Of a stretch of DNA of 64,000 nt, positions 37,501-52,500 are shown piece by piece. This stretch comes from Convolutriloba macropyga. Its lineage: Eukaryota. The notes under the pieces were generated by a model. It did not search any database, was not told the origin of the DNA, and saw nothing but the letters and a program-made list of their open reading frames with translations. The first letter of the stretch is position 1. Each line of letters starts with the position of its first letter. The stretch lies in assembly GCF_964194025.1 (NCBI RefSeq), contig NC_134470.1:30008001-30072000 (forward strand), in the 5' to 3' direction. The position numbers were made by a program, and so were the translations under genes.

Positions 37501-40500
37501 AGATTTGAGTGCCAAATTTGTTTTTAAAACACATCAATGGGCTCCCAAAACAATAGTGGTAGTTAGTTTTGCTCATCCAATGAAAAAAATTCGATCTCTA
37601 CTCTGCGTCAAATCAAATACAGTTATTGAATTATTCTTCAACTGCAATACTTGCTTTTAATTTGCTAGCGTCGTTTGTAATAAAAAACAGTCAAATTTAG
37701 TATTAAAAATTATGTTTTAAAATGATACTGTAGCCATTAAGAAAATCAAAACCAATATCAATTGAGGAACACTTTTGAAACCCTCAATTAAATTTCCCAA
37801 GGTAGAAAAAATTGCAAGAAATGATAATGTGGAAGAACGTCTTGAGTCTTCAAAAAAACATTATTTGTATTTGAAAAAAAAAGATACACTTTGACAATTT
37901 TTTTTCTCGAGTCTGAAATATTGATGAATATTTGTTAGAACCTAGTAAAGAAAAACAATTCCAGAAAAAACGCAGCCAAGAGATCATTCGTGATAATTGA
38001 GAGCCTTGGTGCTGGTCGTTATATCACCTATTCCTTTGGCGAAAACATAGAAATATTTACTTCCGTATGGTTTCAGTTTTCGCTTATGTCGATTTTCATC
38101 GTAATAAATGATGTCTGCTTTTTTTTGCCAAAAAGAGCTTTCACATTTTACTCAGGATGTGCTTTCAACTCTCAAATAATACCACTCATGTCTCCCTCTG
38201 ATAAACAATCTGATTCAAAAAAGAAAAAAAACGAAAAAACGCACTTAGTATATAGTTTCTGTCCCCATATATATAGAGGAACCAAAAATATATTTGTCAT
38301 ATTCAAAAATTACGACTGCTGAATATGGAACAGGCCCTGATTGACTGACAACTGTGTGTCACAGAACTGAGTTAAATCATTGGGCTGAGCTAAATGGGAA
38401 GCAAAAACGCAAAAGACAGAATTATTCATAAGCACGAAGAACCCACCAACCTGAAGGACGGACACAGTGATGATGTCATCAAATCTATCCTTTGGAATCC
38501 AGTCCGGAGTGGATGTGGAGGATATGCCGAAGTCTTCCAATCCTTTGGAGTCCATTCTCTCCTGGAGATTTCCGTAGAAGAGGAAGAACATCTCCTCAGA
38601 TGAGATCTCACTCCACTTCATCTTGAGAGTGAGGAACACTGAGAACATCAGACGGTGCTCTGGGCTCAGACACCTGGCAAAGTAGAAACAACTGGTCATG
38701 ACTTTTTTAAGCACCAAAAACCTCTTCATTGTCATCTCCATGACTTTAAATCCAGTTAATATTGATACAAAAAAAATCATTTTTCTATCAAAAAAAGCAA
38801 TAATTTGTACATTTAACCTACACTCCCATTGGCATGGTATTCATATCTGTCTTTGGAATTCAAGTGTTCTTTTTCGACTTCACGAATAGGTATAAGAGGT
38901 TAAATAGATGAGGACATGTATTACAATCTAAAAGACTACACGAGAGACCTCAAAATGGGACCAAATACAACTCGAGTCTTGGCCAGAAATATCGTAATAG
39001 AAAGAATGACAGTTTGTTAGGTTTTCAATTCATAGAATACATTCTTAGACGACAATTCAAATCAATTAAGGATATATGTATTATGTAGTCCATATGTGAA
39101 ATTACGAAAGAGTTTACGTATGCTGCGTTTCAAAATAGGAGAATTAATGAAAATAAGGAGTGATCAAGCAGTTACGACTGGTCATGCAACATGGGAAGAC
39201 ATTGAACTTCATATTGGAATGACTTTGTACTCACTTGGAAATAGATGAGAAGAGTTTTTCAGTCAACTCCTGTACAATTTTCTTGACTCGGTTGTTCGGT
39301 TGGCTTGCATAGTCAGCCGACTGCAGTCTCAGCACCTAAACGAGAAAGACACCATAATTCCAAAATCAGATGTGATACCCCCAATGAGGTGCATATTTTA
39401 CGGGGAAAATGTTTATGTCACTATTTATCAATGATGAAAAATGCCAATTATCATTCTTTAATAATGATGAAAAATGTCACTGTTCATGAATGAAAAAAAG
39501 TTCAACTATTGGTTTATGAATGATGAAAATGGTCAATTGTCAGTTTATGAATGATGAAAAATGTGATTGTCGCGTCATGAATAAAGGATACAACTTTTAC
39601 AGTACTTACCTGTTCTGGCTCCTTGAACAGCACCTCATCCTCTTCATTGTCATCTCCATCTTTCTTCTCCTCTGACTCTCCTGAATCCCCTTCTTCCGCA
39701 CCATCCCCAAGGGATGAGTCGTCATCTTCGTCATCAGAATCGTCCGCCGAGCTTGAACTACCGTCGTCTTCTTCTAAACGGGCAACAAAAAACAATAACT
39801 AGCTGCTTCTCCGCTGTTTCAAATTTTCTCAATATTATCTGGCTCATCATCTCTAGACAAGGTATAAATCTTAAAAAATTTTGCAAAAAATGACATTGTA
39901 AGTCGAAGTTATCCATGCAAAAAGGTACCGCAAATCGAAGTTAAAAATATTGTAGAGTAAAAAAATCTTGTAAGACAAAGTTATCTGCAAAAATCTTTAT
40001 GGTAGCACTTAAACTTTTTTAAGATTGAATTCAGCAGGGGAAAAATATTACTTGACTACAAATCAGTTAACAGTTTTTTATCTTCTCTGTCAAACGGCAG
40101 AATTGAATACTGTCTTAAAAAATAAATGAAAATGAAAACGAAAGCTCTCGAAATCCCCTCCTTTATAAAAAATAAATGAATTTCAACTGATCATATGGTC
40201 ACTAAGCTTCTGTAATACAACTAAATCATTCGGAATAAACTCTGATAAAGGTCTAAATAATTAAAATTCGGGAGGGCACAAAAACTTAACAAACTGAAAA
40301 TAGCACTGTAATTGAGTTTTGAACAAAGCAATTGTGCAGAAGTCCCATTCAAAATATGTTAGCCCAGATAATTTTTTGTTAAGTTTCGAATAAGGTACCT
40401 CCTGATTTTTGTCAAACATATGTTCAAGGGGAGGGGCAAATCGGTAAATCAAATCTGCCAAAATTATCTTCAACCAGTTTGCAAATGGACACGTTTAGCA

Positions 40501-43500
40501 ACTCGTCCTATAAATATCTAAGCCTTAAAGTACATAAACGAGTTCGGTTTATTTCAATCGAGAATTAGAAAATATTTGGCGGATTAATCTCTTGAAAGTT
40601 TAGACAAACATAGGGATAAAGTTTTCTGTGCATAGAACAATTTGTAGAATAACGACTCAAGCACTGGCAACCATTTTTCTAACGAAGCGATATCACATGG
40701 ACTCTAAATCTAAATTTAATTTCGAGTAAACGTTTCGAATCAATAGGCCTTGTAAATTCTTCACATCATAGATAATATCTCTGGTGAAAGAATTGTCTGT
40801 AGTGCTAATACCCGAAAGATAAAACATAGACCGACGAGCGTCGGACATTTTGTTCTCGAGCGACAGGCGAGGCAGTTCAATTCATAAGGGTGGTGTGGCC
40901 TACACAAATTATTATGGGTGCAAAAAAATCCGACTAAAAAAGCTTTGAACCCCAACCTCAGCCGTAAAATACTGCATCATTGACCACTCGGTTGTAAGGA
41001 ACTTATGCTTACTTATGTTACGGTCAATGTTGTTTTAGCGACAGACTTAATATCTTAATATCTGACTACGATCAATTTAGGTCACGCAAAAACGAAGAAC
41101 TCAAGCGTGAAAAGGTCAATCGAGAAATTAAATCAAAGAATGTTCCAGAGCAAAACGATCAAGCAAAAAGTTTTGCATATAAAGACGCTCATGTTTACAA
41201 AAATTGCTTCAAACTTCGTTCGAGAGCACTTAACAAACAAACATAAAAATATAAAAAATCCAATTTTTCAAACAAATGAAGCTGAAAGCATTTGGGTTTG
41301 CAAAAATTAGTTTTGATCAGAACAAACTTTTAGCAACAAGACAGCAGTTATCGCTTACAAAAGTTAGATTGATGGAAAATGGGGAACAAGCTTGGCCGAC
41401 AATACGCTCGAAAGATCAGATCGGTAGAAATTCACAATGCAAAACCTAAATGTCCACAAGCTAGCTGTTATGCTATATAATGTTGGCACTGCCGTGCTGA
41501 AGAACCTTTAAAACAGAGAAAGAGATAAAATTTGAGCCAAAATTATTTGAAATTTGTCAAAACTAGCGCCAAAAAAACCTCTTCCACGAATTAGGAAGCC
41601 CGAACGCAAATATTTTTGCCCTCTAAAGTTTCCGGCTCCAACTGCTCGTTCGGACAATTATTTAAAGAAAGATTTGGTCGTTACTGTAATTCAGCAGTTT
41701 TGACTGCATGTAGATCTGTCTCAAAAAAGTATGAACTTCAAAAATGCATTCTTCGATTGTGCGTGATGAAAATTACACCAATTAAGCACCGAACGCCATA
41801 CACACGTGAACATCTATTTGCGTATAGCTTTTTTGTCAGAGACGTGATCAAAATTTGATAAACACGTTGATTATTCTAAACAATAGACTAGAGACAATTA
41901 AATATTTGGTTTGAGTTTGATATTACACATATCATTGTTGAAAAAATTAGTGTGTTAGAAAAACTGAAAGTCGAGCACAGGAAAGAGAAGAATTTGGATC
42001 GTTTGAATTAGTTAAACTTCGCCTTGTTTGCTGATTTGAGTGTTGATTTTGGGGATGAAAAATTGATCGACGTTATTTTTAAAATGGGATCTTTTCTGCT
42101 AGCGCCCCCCCCCCCCCCCCCCCCCCCCCCCCGCTTAGTTAGGCACCCCCCATTTATAAATGTGTAAACATATTGTTAAAGCTAAGTAATCTTATACGTG
42201 AACATATATGAGCAATGAGCATTTAATAAACGCTAGCACAGCTATGGTTTGAAAGTATTACGTATTCAAACAAAATTTGTTGCATATAACGTAAGCATCA
42301 ATATAAATTTCTGTATTAGATCATTTTTGGTGTTATCGCCTACAATAAGGGCTTGATTTGTTAAAACTCTATAAGGAAATTATTCTAAAAGTGCCTTCAA
42401 TCTACCTAGACACTCTTGTTTCAATGAAATGCAAATATCGCTCTTACAATTCGCGAAAACTTAGATTTTGGGGGGTGCAAATTTTAGCGGCTATATAAGG
42501 CTGGGGGGGCGCTAGCAGAAAAGATCCTTAAAATGGCTTAAAATGTGAACAATTGCAACTAGACGCATGCTACAAAATAATGAATCCTAAAATACATTAT
42601 GCTTGTCATTTGAACAATCATAACTTTGATTTTTTACCGACAAAAAATTTGCGTCACTTAATTGTCGAATTTCAAATTCAAGAAGACGTAAACTGAACAT
42701 TAAATCGTAAGTTTTAAAAAAGGTAAAGTAAAAAGCAGCATGTAAAGTTGAAAGTAAAATTTGAGCAGAGCTGTGGTGTAGCAGCACATTCAATCATTTT
42801 CTTGAGGTAGCTGGTCCTGACATCTAAGCTCCCAGTACCTTTAGTATTAATGACAAATTCTACATACGGGTTCTTATTATTTTCGACAATTAAGTGCTTA
42901 AAGTAGTAAGTTAAAAGCCTGTGCAATTCAAAGGATCCAAAACATCAAAAGCAACCGAAAATTACCAAAAAAAGGTAATACTGCGTGAAAGCGACAACAA
43001 TAATACTGCACCCACTATGGACAGCCACGACATCTACCCGTACACAGGGCCAAATACAGACAGGAGTCTGCGCCAGGTTCACAGTGGACCAAACGGGGTC
43101 AGACACCAGCAGGTGAAAACTCTGGGCCATTTGGGATTCGTAGGGAACCCAGGTGACATCTCAAACGAGTCTTCCTCTAATTTGGGATATATTTTCAGGT
43201 ATTTATGGCAAACCAATGAAAAGATCAGATGCAGAAGAGTCAATTAATTTTGTGTTACAATTTCGTGCCATTTGAACCGCTCGAAAACTACAGAAAAAAT
43301 CAGATAAAAGTGTTGATGTTTCTGTTTTTTTTTCTGCTATGAGCAATTCTAAACGAAAAACTAGTAATTTTGCTTCTATAATGCGCTGATTGCTATCAAC
43401 AGCTTAGCTATCAACAACTTTATCAAACAGAAACACGTCGATTGCCAAAATTGTGTTACAGCCTTATTAGGTCATAGCATAGCTATAAAAACAATTTATT

Positions 43501-46500
43501 TTGCTGTCGGAAAATCGTTTATTTCATTCATCAGAAGAATCATTGTTATTGGCTGCCTTTACTAAATCGACGTCTTTTATTTGCCCAGCAAAAATTGCAC
43601 CCCACTTTTCTTTAGACTCGATAAGAGTTTCGCTTTGACTCACTATCGATATGTAAATAAAGCATTGTATTGAGTAGACATGAAACAGAGTGAGTTTAAA
43701 GTGGATCAAGGACACTGTCCGATACCAAAAACAGAAAAGATCCCGTTTTGCAATCATCAGGTGTTCGATTACGAGTTTATAAATTTCATTAGGCGCATTG
43801 CATTTTCACATCAATTGGTTTGACGAAATTGATCGCAGGTATGCAAAACTAAACTTATGGGAGGCGTAATTTTCTAGTATATTTATACAATACATAAAAT
43901 AAACTACTGCCATGAGTGCAATTGTTAACTACCTTATGTACGTATAATTTATTCAATTCAAAAATTCTACTAACGCAGGAATAACTATTCCGTTTGAAAA
44001 ATTGGAGGCTCTTTATGTTACAGCAGTGGGAAATGAGTTTTGTTATATTTACAACTACTTTAAAATACGAAATAAAAACGGAAGCACTTGCTCACCGTAA
44101 CTTCCAGAATCTGTGACTTTATTGAAAGAAATCACAAACTTCGTCATGTGTCCATGCCTAACGTGCAATCCGATCGCCGTTTACTATCGAATTCCGGGCA
44201 TGGATAAGAAATCAATATGTCTTTTTCTGTCCCCTCCGCTAATGTGGAGGGGTAATCTATCAAACAATTGAATGATAATTGGTGAGTTTTGACGCGCACG
44301 AACACCATCTGAGATATCTAGTTCACAGAAGTAAGTATGAAGCTTACGTGGTATCAATTATTGTTGGTTTAGGGGCACAAAACCGCTTTACCAAAGGAGA
44401 CATGAACGTGTGGGGGAGGTCGGCTTCAGTATGGAGTCACTCAAAGCAATGGCCGCCCAACATCGCAAACAAGACACCGCCTGAGTCAAGGGCGGAGTAC
44501 AGCCAAAGTTATATTCAGTTAAATGTATGCTTTGCCCAAATATTAGTTCAAAAACTGTATTAAACTAAATTGAAATTAAATTTTCGCTCTTTCCCTAGTC
44601 CCCAACCTCACAAACTAAATTTTCATGGAGCCGAAAGGGGAAGATAATGGGAAAGATCAATTTTTAGTAAATTGACTCGGATCTTTTCCGTATGCACCCA
44701 CTAAGCTGGGGGGGGGGGGGGCACAAACGGAAAAGATCCTTCGACTCAATTAGCAACAAATAAAATTTGGTATTTAGTGTTTTCGGAGTATAAGTGAAAG
44801 AAAGGTGTTGAGAATATGCTGTTGGTATTACGTGTATCAGCTGCTAACAAACCGTAATTCAATGCTGAGATTATAAACCGAATAATTTGTAGATATTTCG
44901 GTCCAGATCGTCTAGTGGTTAGGACATTGCGTTGTGGCCGCAATAACCCAGGTTCGAATCCTGGTCTGGACAAAATCTTTTTTCATAATGAGACGATATA
45001 TTCATTATTTTTCTAAGTCGAACAGAAAATTTGACTCTCAATTCCATTGAAAACCATTAATAACTTTTACCTTCATCATCTGATTCCACTGCTCGCGTTC
45101 CTTTGGTCGAGATGAATTGCTCATGCTAAAACATAATCAGCCCCAAATTATGCAAATAAACCGGAACAATCAGAGTAATAATATACACGAGTTTTTAAGA
45201 TGTTTCATTATACTCTTGCTTTCTGTTTGATCCAATTAACTTCTACAGCGGGTAGGGGTGAGTGTGATACAGAATTGAAAACAACGATTTGCCTTTAAAA
45301 ACGAAACAGGCAAATAAAGTAATGATCGAGATACTAACCAGTGACATTTCGCTGCCTTCATCCATGGGTTCATTGTCTCTTTCTCTTTCGCCCACTTTCT
45401 CTCCCCCATGCTTGACAAGGACCTCTCTTAAACATAATTGGCACAATGAAGCTAAACTGGCTCCCGGGATAACAAACGTTGTTTTTCCGCTAACTATGAT
45501 ATAGTGCTGAGATTTAGCGATTAGGTTGAGATATAGCGATTTAGGTTGATATTGCGAAAAAAAAGCAAAAATGGGAAAGAAAAAGAAAAGAAGGGATCTT
45601 TACCGTTTGCCACCCCCAGTACGTTATGCGCCCCCCAGTTACAGAGCACGTGCCATTACATAGTAAATCACTATGTAAAAACATTGCATGTGCGTCTGGG
45701 GGGTACAAATAATATGCGCCCACTAAACTGGGGGGACACAAACGGAAAAGATCTGAGCTTTCTGCAATAAAACATTCTTCCAAAACAACAAATTACAAAA
45801 CAGAAAGTTATTTAATTGCTTAGCTACCAGTAGTTATAATACCTTAAGATATTTATTGCTTCTGAACAGAAATAAAACGGTTTATACCTATTTTGTTCGA
45901 TAAAACATTGAGAAGACAAAAAATTTTGGATATAATATGCATTGACAAGCAGTGGAAGCATTGATCAGAAGGTATTTAGAATGTCACGGAGATCAGCGAA
46001 GTAGGTCCGAAACCAACAAAAAATTTTCTACTTTCTACCAAACGAGAGCAGTGAGAGTCAATTTATTTAGCCAGAGCACTTTGGTTTCCAAACACCCTCG
46101 CACTACGAAAAATTTTTGGCCCCACCGATATGTTCTGAGATATGGAAAACAAAAATGAATCTTGGCAAGGAATAAAAATTTCTGTTACTAAAATTTTCAG
46201 ATGTAAACGGTAGAAAGTGTGCAGATATTTTTCTCCAACCAGCTAGAATGTCTCACATCGATTGTTCTTACATCCGAAATGTGTCAAATGTCTCAGAAGA
46301 CAACAAAAAATTGAGGCATTCTCACAAATATGCACAATTTTCAAGCTTCTTACACAAAAAGGAAAGTAAAACTCTAACAAATTATTCAAAAAAAGCGCTT
46401 AATTATACTTTATCGCGAAACTTAGGCATCCATTTTTCACAGCACTGAACGTATCTATAATCCGCTATTGTGTCTACTTTATTGATCGCTTTTGAAGCAT

Positions 46501-49500
46501 GTAAACTTAGTTTAAACATTGTTAAATGTGCATGTAAAAGTGGTTAAAATTTGGCGACATCAGTTTTGAAATGCAAACCCTCCCTCATAAAAGTGAAAAA
46601 CTCTGAATCTATTATGGTAGTGACAGACTTCGAAACAGAAGTAAGCTTATTATTTGTTACTACTGTGAGAGAATTGGTAGAGAGAAGTTGTCACCACAAT
46701 TTTTGAAACTACTGAGTATTTATGAGTAAGCTATTCAATTTAAAACCCCTTAAGAAAAACCCCCAATTTCGTGAATATCCCAAAATGTCTATAAAAAATG
46801 TTCATCGCTTTAGCCGTGGTAAAATTTTGTTCTTTTAGGTATTCGGATGAGTGTCAATGTGTCAATAATCTGTTAAGACGAATGGAAGGAGTTTTCATTA
46901 AAAATTCAAAAGACACCTATCAACGGACACCTGTCCCAAAAATCCCTCAGTTTTGTATAGATCATAAACTTTAAAGAAAAATAATTTCACCACCTTAGCC
47001 GTATTAAATTCCTACTTTAAAGTATTCAGAAGTTTATCAACATGACTATTTATTGAGTTCAAATAGAAATCACTCCTTATTTGAAACAAACAAGAGCAGA
47101 CGGCAACACCTGTCAATATACAACTCTCAATAAAAGCAAAAAATTTGGAAACAAATCAATTGAAAAAAATATTTGTTAATTTCAATTGGAAACCATCATT
47201 AATGGAAATTTTCACATAGGTTTTCATTTAAGTTTTCACTTAAAAATCTCTTGATTAAGCATTAGCATTATGGACGAACAAGAGGATTTACGAAGTTGCT
47301 ACAAAAAAACCTCGTCCTACAATTCAGAACAAATGAAAACATTGTGGTAAATTTAGCTAAGCACTATATGATATGATAGAAGGCTTTAAAATACTTTTAA
47401 TCCTATTAGAGAAAATGCTGTTTGCATGAGATTAATTGCTAACAATTAATAAAGCTCAAGACCACTTTTACATGCTCAAAAGCGCATATTGGATTAGGCA
47501 CAGTTGCAGATTATTGATACATTAACTGCGGATTATAAAAACATTCAGTGCATAATTTAAATACAACCAGTGCGGAATAGAGTTACGAGAAAAAGACATT
47601 CCTATATCAAGCAGGAACATTTTACATACTGCGCAAAAAATAGGATCCAAAGCTTGTATCTCAATTCCGCGGTTAAACTTCTGCGGAGACGGGTTGCGTA
47701 TAGTTAAGAATCTAAAATATAGGAAAAAGAACAAGAGATACTCAGATCGGACTGATTTGCCCGTGACGATTTGGGTATACCCCTGCAGCGTTATGTTGAA
47801 GAAGTAAGGCGTCATTTGAAAAATGGTCAGACGAAAAATCGGGCGAAATTTGTTTGACAGCAATCAAAAACCTCAAACAGAGGAACGAATGCTTTCAAAA
47901 TCTTGTTTCAAAAAGAGTGTTTGTTTAATGAACTAAGATTTAATGCCCGTATTCTACCGCCGATGTGCTCGATTGTCAAAACTGCAGAAAGTAAATCCCC
48001 CAGTAGAAGAGTTGCTTAGCTCGGCAAATGAGAGTGGAGCATCGTCATTGACTTGTCACCCAATCAACGCACACATTTTAAATGTGTGCAACAGTTTCAG
48101 TCTCGTCCGACGATAGGGGAACTCAATTATACCGAGCTTCTGTTTGCGAATAGAAAAAGATCAAACGAATGAGAGAAATTTTGCAGACAAAATGGAGACT
48201 TAAGAGTGATGATTTTCAAAATAATTTAACGTATTCTGTAAAACTTAGAAAGTTGATGCATGCAATAAAATAGAAATGACCTCAAGTTTTTTTCTTATAA
48301 ATTTTATCAACGTTTATGAATATAGGAACAGTGACTATAAACGAATGGCGAAAACCAGACTCCAATTAGCCAAACCGTAAGTTAGGCAACTGTCGTCATT
48401 GTGAGGAAATTTAGAAACATTTGCACTGTATCGTTATAGCCCTCTGGAATTTATTCAACTTCCCGTCTACATCTAAGAGTTCGTGATGGTGATATTTATG
48501 GCGAACTTGGTTAATGGCGATCAGCCCAGTAATAATATTTATTGTGAACCGATTATACCAACGAATAATCAATTATAGGCCACACTTCTTTGTTGAAAAA
48601 CAAAACCAACCTGAATACTTCCAGGAGAGAGGCAAGAGGGAATTGGTAGTTCGGAGAGAGTATTTCCAGATTCTGGATTAGGTAAAATAGAGATGCGGCC
48701 CTCTCTGCAATCGGACTCAGTCGACCAATCAACGAGTCCTGTCTGTCCAACACCAACTTGTACGCTTCCACCTTCTGACTTATCTACAAATGAGAAGGGA
48801 ATGAGTAATATGTGACCGAAAATAATAGGATCTTTTCTAATATAGCCCCCTTGACCGCGCTGAGTGGTTCCAGATTTTTTGCAATTCAGCACGTTTTATT
48901 TCGACACATTGTAACTTGTAACATGCTATATAAAAAGCAATCAATTGTAAAATTGGACAGCAAAACAAACTGGAAGGGGCAGCTGTGACAGGTAAGACAA
49001 AAATAATTTTTGAAGCATGACATCATTCTTGGGAATTAAAATTATGTTCAAGTTGAAAAAAAACTCGATGCTATTTCGAACAGCACTTCGAAATTATCAG
49101 GTTCCATTCCAGGCTTTTTGCACGTTACAGCGATATTTTTGTCGTTGATATTGAGCTGGCACCCCTTTCAGAAGTGGTTAGCCAAATTTACGATGTTCAA
49201 TTTCGAGACCAGAAGCTGCTGAATTATATGACGCGTAGCAGTTTTAGAACAATCACCAAGAGATCTTTCAGAGATCTTTTCAGTTCATGAACAACCCGCC
49301 CAAAAATGTTTTTTGGCATAAGGGAAGAGATATACAAGTACAAACTTGGTAATTGGTCTCGACAATCTTCTTCACAATGCCACTCTCCACCCACACATTG
49401 TCGCCTGAGAAGTTGGTCAGTTTCTCATACAGACTGGACTCCAACTGTCTCACTCTGTCCTCACATCTCCACATGCCCCGCAAAACTCTGGATCTCTCTG

Positions 49501-52500
49501 ATGCCACCATGGGGTGCAGGTGCTGGAAAGTCATGGCCAGAAGCTTCTGGTATAGACTAAGCTGAAAAGCAGGAATTCTTGTCAACTAGTGTAGTTCCAA
49601 CAGTTCAAAATGAGATAGGTAATATGGTCGGTTCTAGACCAGAGAGTAAACCAAATAAAGACCAAATCGTATTTGGAATGTTATTGTTCCAGCATTTCTT
49701 TTTTTCAAGGCATACCGAGGGTGGCTTTTTTAATCCATGCCAAATCAGAAACTGTACGCATCCTAGAAAATCAAAAGTGGTAAAATATGATATTCACTAG
49801 AAACACAGATTTAGCTATCAATTATTTTTTTGCAAATTAGACTTCTTAAATTGCTAGAAATTTGCTTTTCGATACCGATGATCCTGCTTGGGAGGTAGTT
49901 ATATTAGTAACCATAGTGCTTTAATTTCACATTTTTTATTGATGATTTTCAAGGAATTTATTCCATACTTCTCAATACTATGCCAAAGTGGGTATTGAGC
50001 ATAGAGGTTACATAAGCTCAATTTCTTTAAGAAAAACCGTTAAACTTGTATAAAATTTTCAATATAAGCTGTTTTCAATTTTATTCAGAGAAAAAAGGGC
50101 ACTTAATGACCGCTGAGGTAATTTTATCACTTAGGAGAATGCACTTTTCGTTGAAGTAGAAAAGAGCTAAGACCACAAAAAACAATATTCAGTAAAATGA
50201 TTAAGCTAATAACAAAAAAACTAATTAATTTTTTTTAAAAAATTCGACATATTTTTTGATGCATTGTTTTCAACAATTCCATGCATTTTTAATTTTTAAC
50301 AATTCCAAAATCGAAAATCTTTAGTTATTCTCTAGAAAATGTTTTAAGTCTGTATTCGATTACTTTTTCCTTTACGTTCTGATTGTATTGGGAAGTTTTT
50401 TGTAGGAAACCAAACAAAATAGAGCAGTTGAAAAGCGAATTGTTAAATGATTTAATGCCGAAATCAACATTTTGCGATTGTTTTTCGACGGGTCTTCCAA
50501 AATATGAATCCTTCGAAATACTAAGAACGTTATCTGAAATCTCTTCTTCTTTTAATTCCAGAAATATTTCCTACTGTTTTTTGCATTGCCGTCCAGTGAT
50601 TCTCCGTCACTAGTGAAACATCAAAGATTTCCACCAGTCCAGGTTTGAAAATCAGTGAAACAAGGACTCCTTGAAGAAATCACTTGCTAAATGAGATAAA
50701 ATAGAATAATTATATATAAGAATAATTATCCTCAACATTTTTCACCACTTTAATACGTCGATTTGTAGCACTCTAATTGGATTTTAAAAGGTGCTCCGAA
50801 GTCAGCACTCATCAGAGCTTCTGAAACCCTATTAGTTGAAAAATTAAATGTTTACATCGAAAAAAAATATTTACACAAAATAAATACACATGAAAAAGGT
50901 TTTTTTTTCGGTTTTCTAAGCCTTCAGATACACCAAGAATATCATCTTCGTCCGGCTTTCATTAGCTTTTTGAGGAACTATTTGTTAACAACGAAGAAAC
51001 TTTGGTTGAAAGCAAACGGCTCTGCTTCCGCAAAAAATCGAATATATAATTTCAGTTATTGTTTCATTTTTGAAAAAAACCAATGTACTGAATTGATTTT
51101 TTGCTTCATCAGCACACCAAATCTGACTCAGGCTTGATCAACTCTGTAGTTTCTTTGAATAGGTAGCAGATACTTGTCAAAGCTGTGTTTACACTTTTTT
51201 GTACTGTGAAATAACCTTATTTTGTGTCGCATCACTTTCAGACCAAAACTGGTCATAATTTAGATAAAAATTTAGATAAAATTTAGATGAAATTTAGATA
51301 AAATTTAGATAAATTCGAAATAACTGCGCCGACAATTTTTGCTAGACACAGAATGCCAGGCCCTTATGTTTTCACTATCAGAAATTGTTGCTCTTCAAGA
51401 GTTTCCCTAAAGCTGTTCAACGATTTTGTCTGGCTTCTTCAAAACTGTTCTGAAACTAAAAATATGGAGCTGAAAAAAAAGTAATATATAGAACGCATTT
51501 CAAATCAATAATGATATTCTAGTATGTGTCAATCTGGGCCTGCCGGTTTTGTTTTTCTTAGGTTTTTGTTGCTACGAAGAACTGCAATTTCACAGTTGCT
51601 TATATTGTTTAAACTGAAGGAAAATGACCGGTTTTTATTTGTTATCTCACTATTTCGTATTGATTTGGAGTTAAAAATGAAGATGAAATCTGTGTTTGTC
51701 ATAACAAAATTCGGTTTTACTTCTTTTCACACCTATTCACTTATTTTAATACCCTATCATTTAACCTCGATTTATTCACCCCTCTATCACTTAACCACTA
51801 TATCATTTCAGAAGTGGATAACTTAATTCCGCGTTCGGTTGTGATAGTTTCATTTAAACTCCCACGGGCCGCTGAGGCATGGATGGCCATGGCCCGCGAG
51901 GTATGGCCAAATGATTATATTGCTAATTTAATAATGCTTATTTTATAGAAAGGTTAAAATCGGGGTGAAATGATCGAGGGTTTTAAATGATACAGGGGTG
52001 AGTAAATCGGGGTTAAATGATAGGGGGGTTAAATGAAGAGGGGTGAAAAAGCGAGACACCCAAAATTCATTGCGTCGCGGACTTCTGAAGATATTTCTAA
52101 GGAGATCACATAAGTCTAATTCTCTACAATCGGACTTGTTTGCTACTTCTGAAAGATATCGGAATTCAATTTGCCCTTTGATGCGGTTAATTGGGTCTCG
52201 GTTGATTTTATTCAGCAGAGATCACTTTGTTTATAAATGACAACGATAGTTAGGCAATGATACAAAGAGCACTTTATGCACTTTTCTAGCTTTAAAAAAT
52301 CAATGGAAAACAAAATTACCACCTTTTTTTGTTCTTTGTTTTGTTCGAGCTAATAAATAGGTACAACGGCTTATTGAAATATGTATTTCACAATTTGCTC
52401 TTTAAAATTCACAAATTATAATATTGTTGAAAATAAATACATTTCAAATTCACATTCTTCCTTGTTCCTCAAGGCTTCATTTCTCAAGTATACGTTGAAC

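Noticed and set aside
42945-43190. Dynein exon on the minus strand
   Set aside because: All frames from the candidate acceptor hit stops; the plus strand explains the coding signal.
46800-47120. ~185-bp diverged direct repeat
   Set aside because: Similarity is patchy, with no ORF or structure to interpret.
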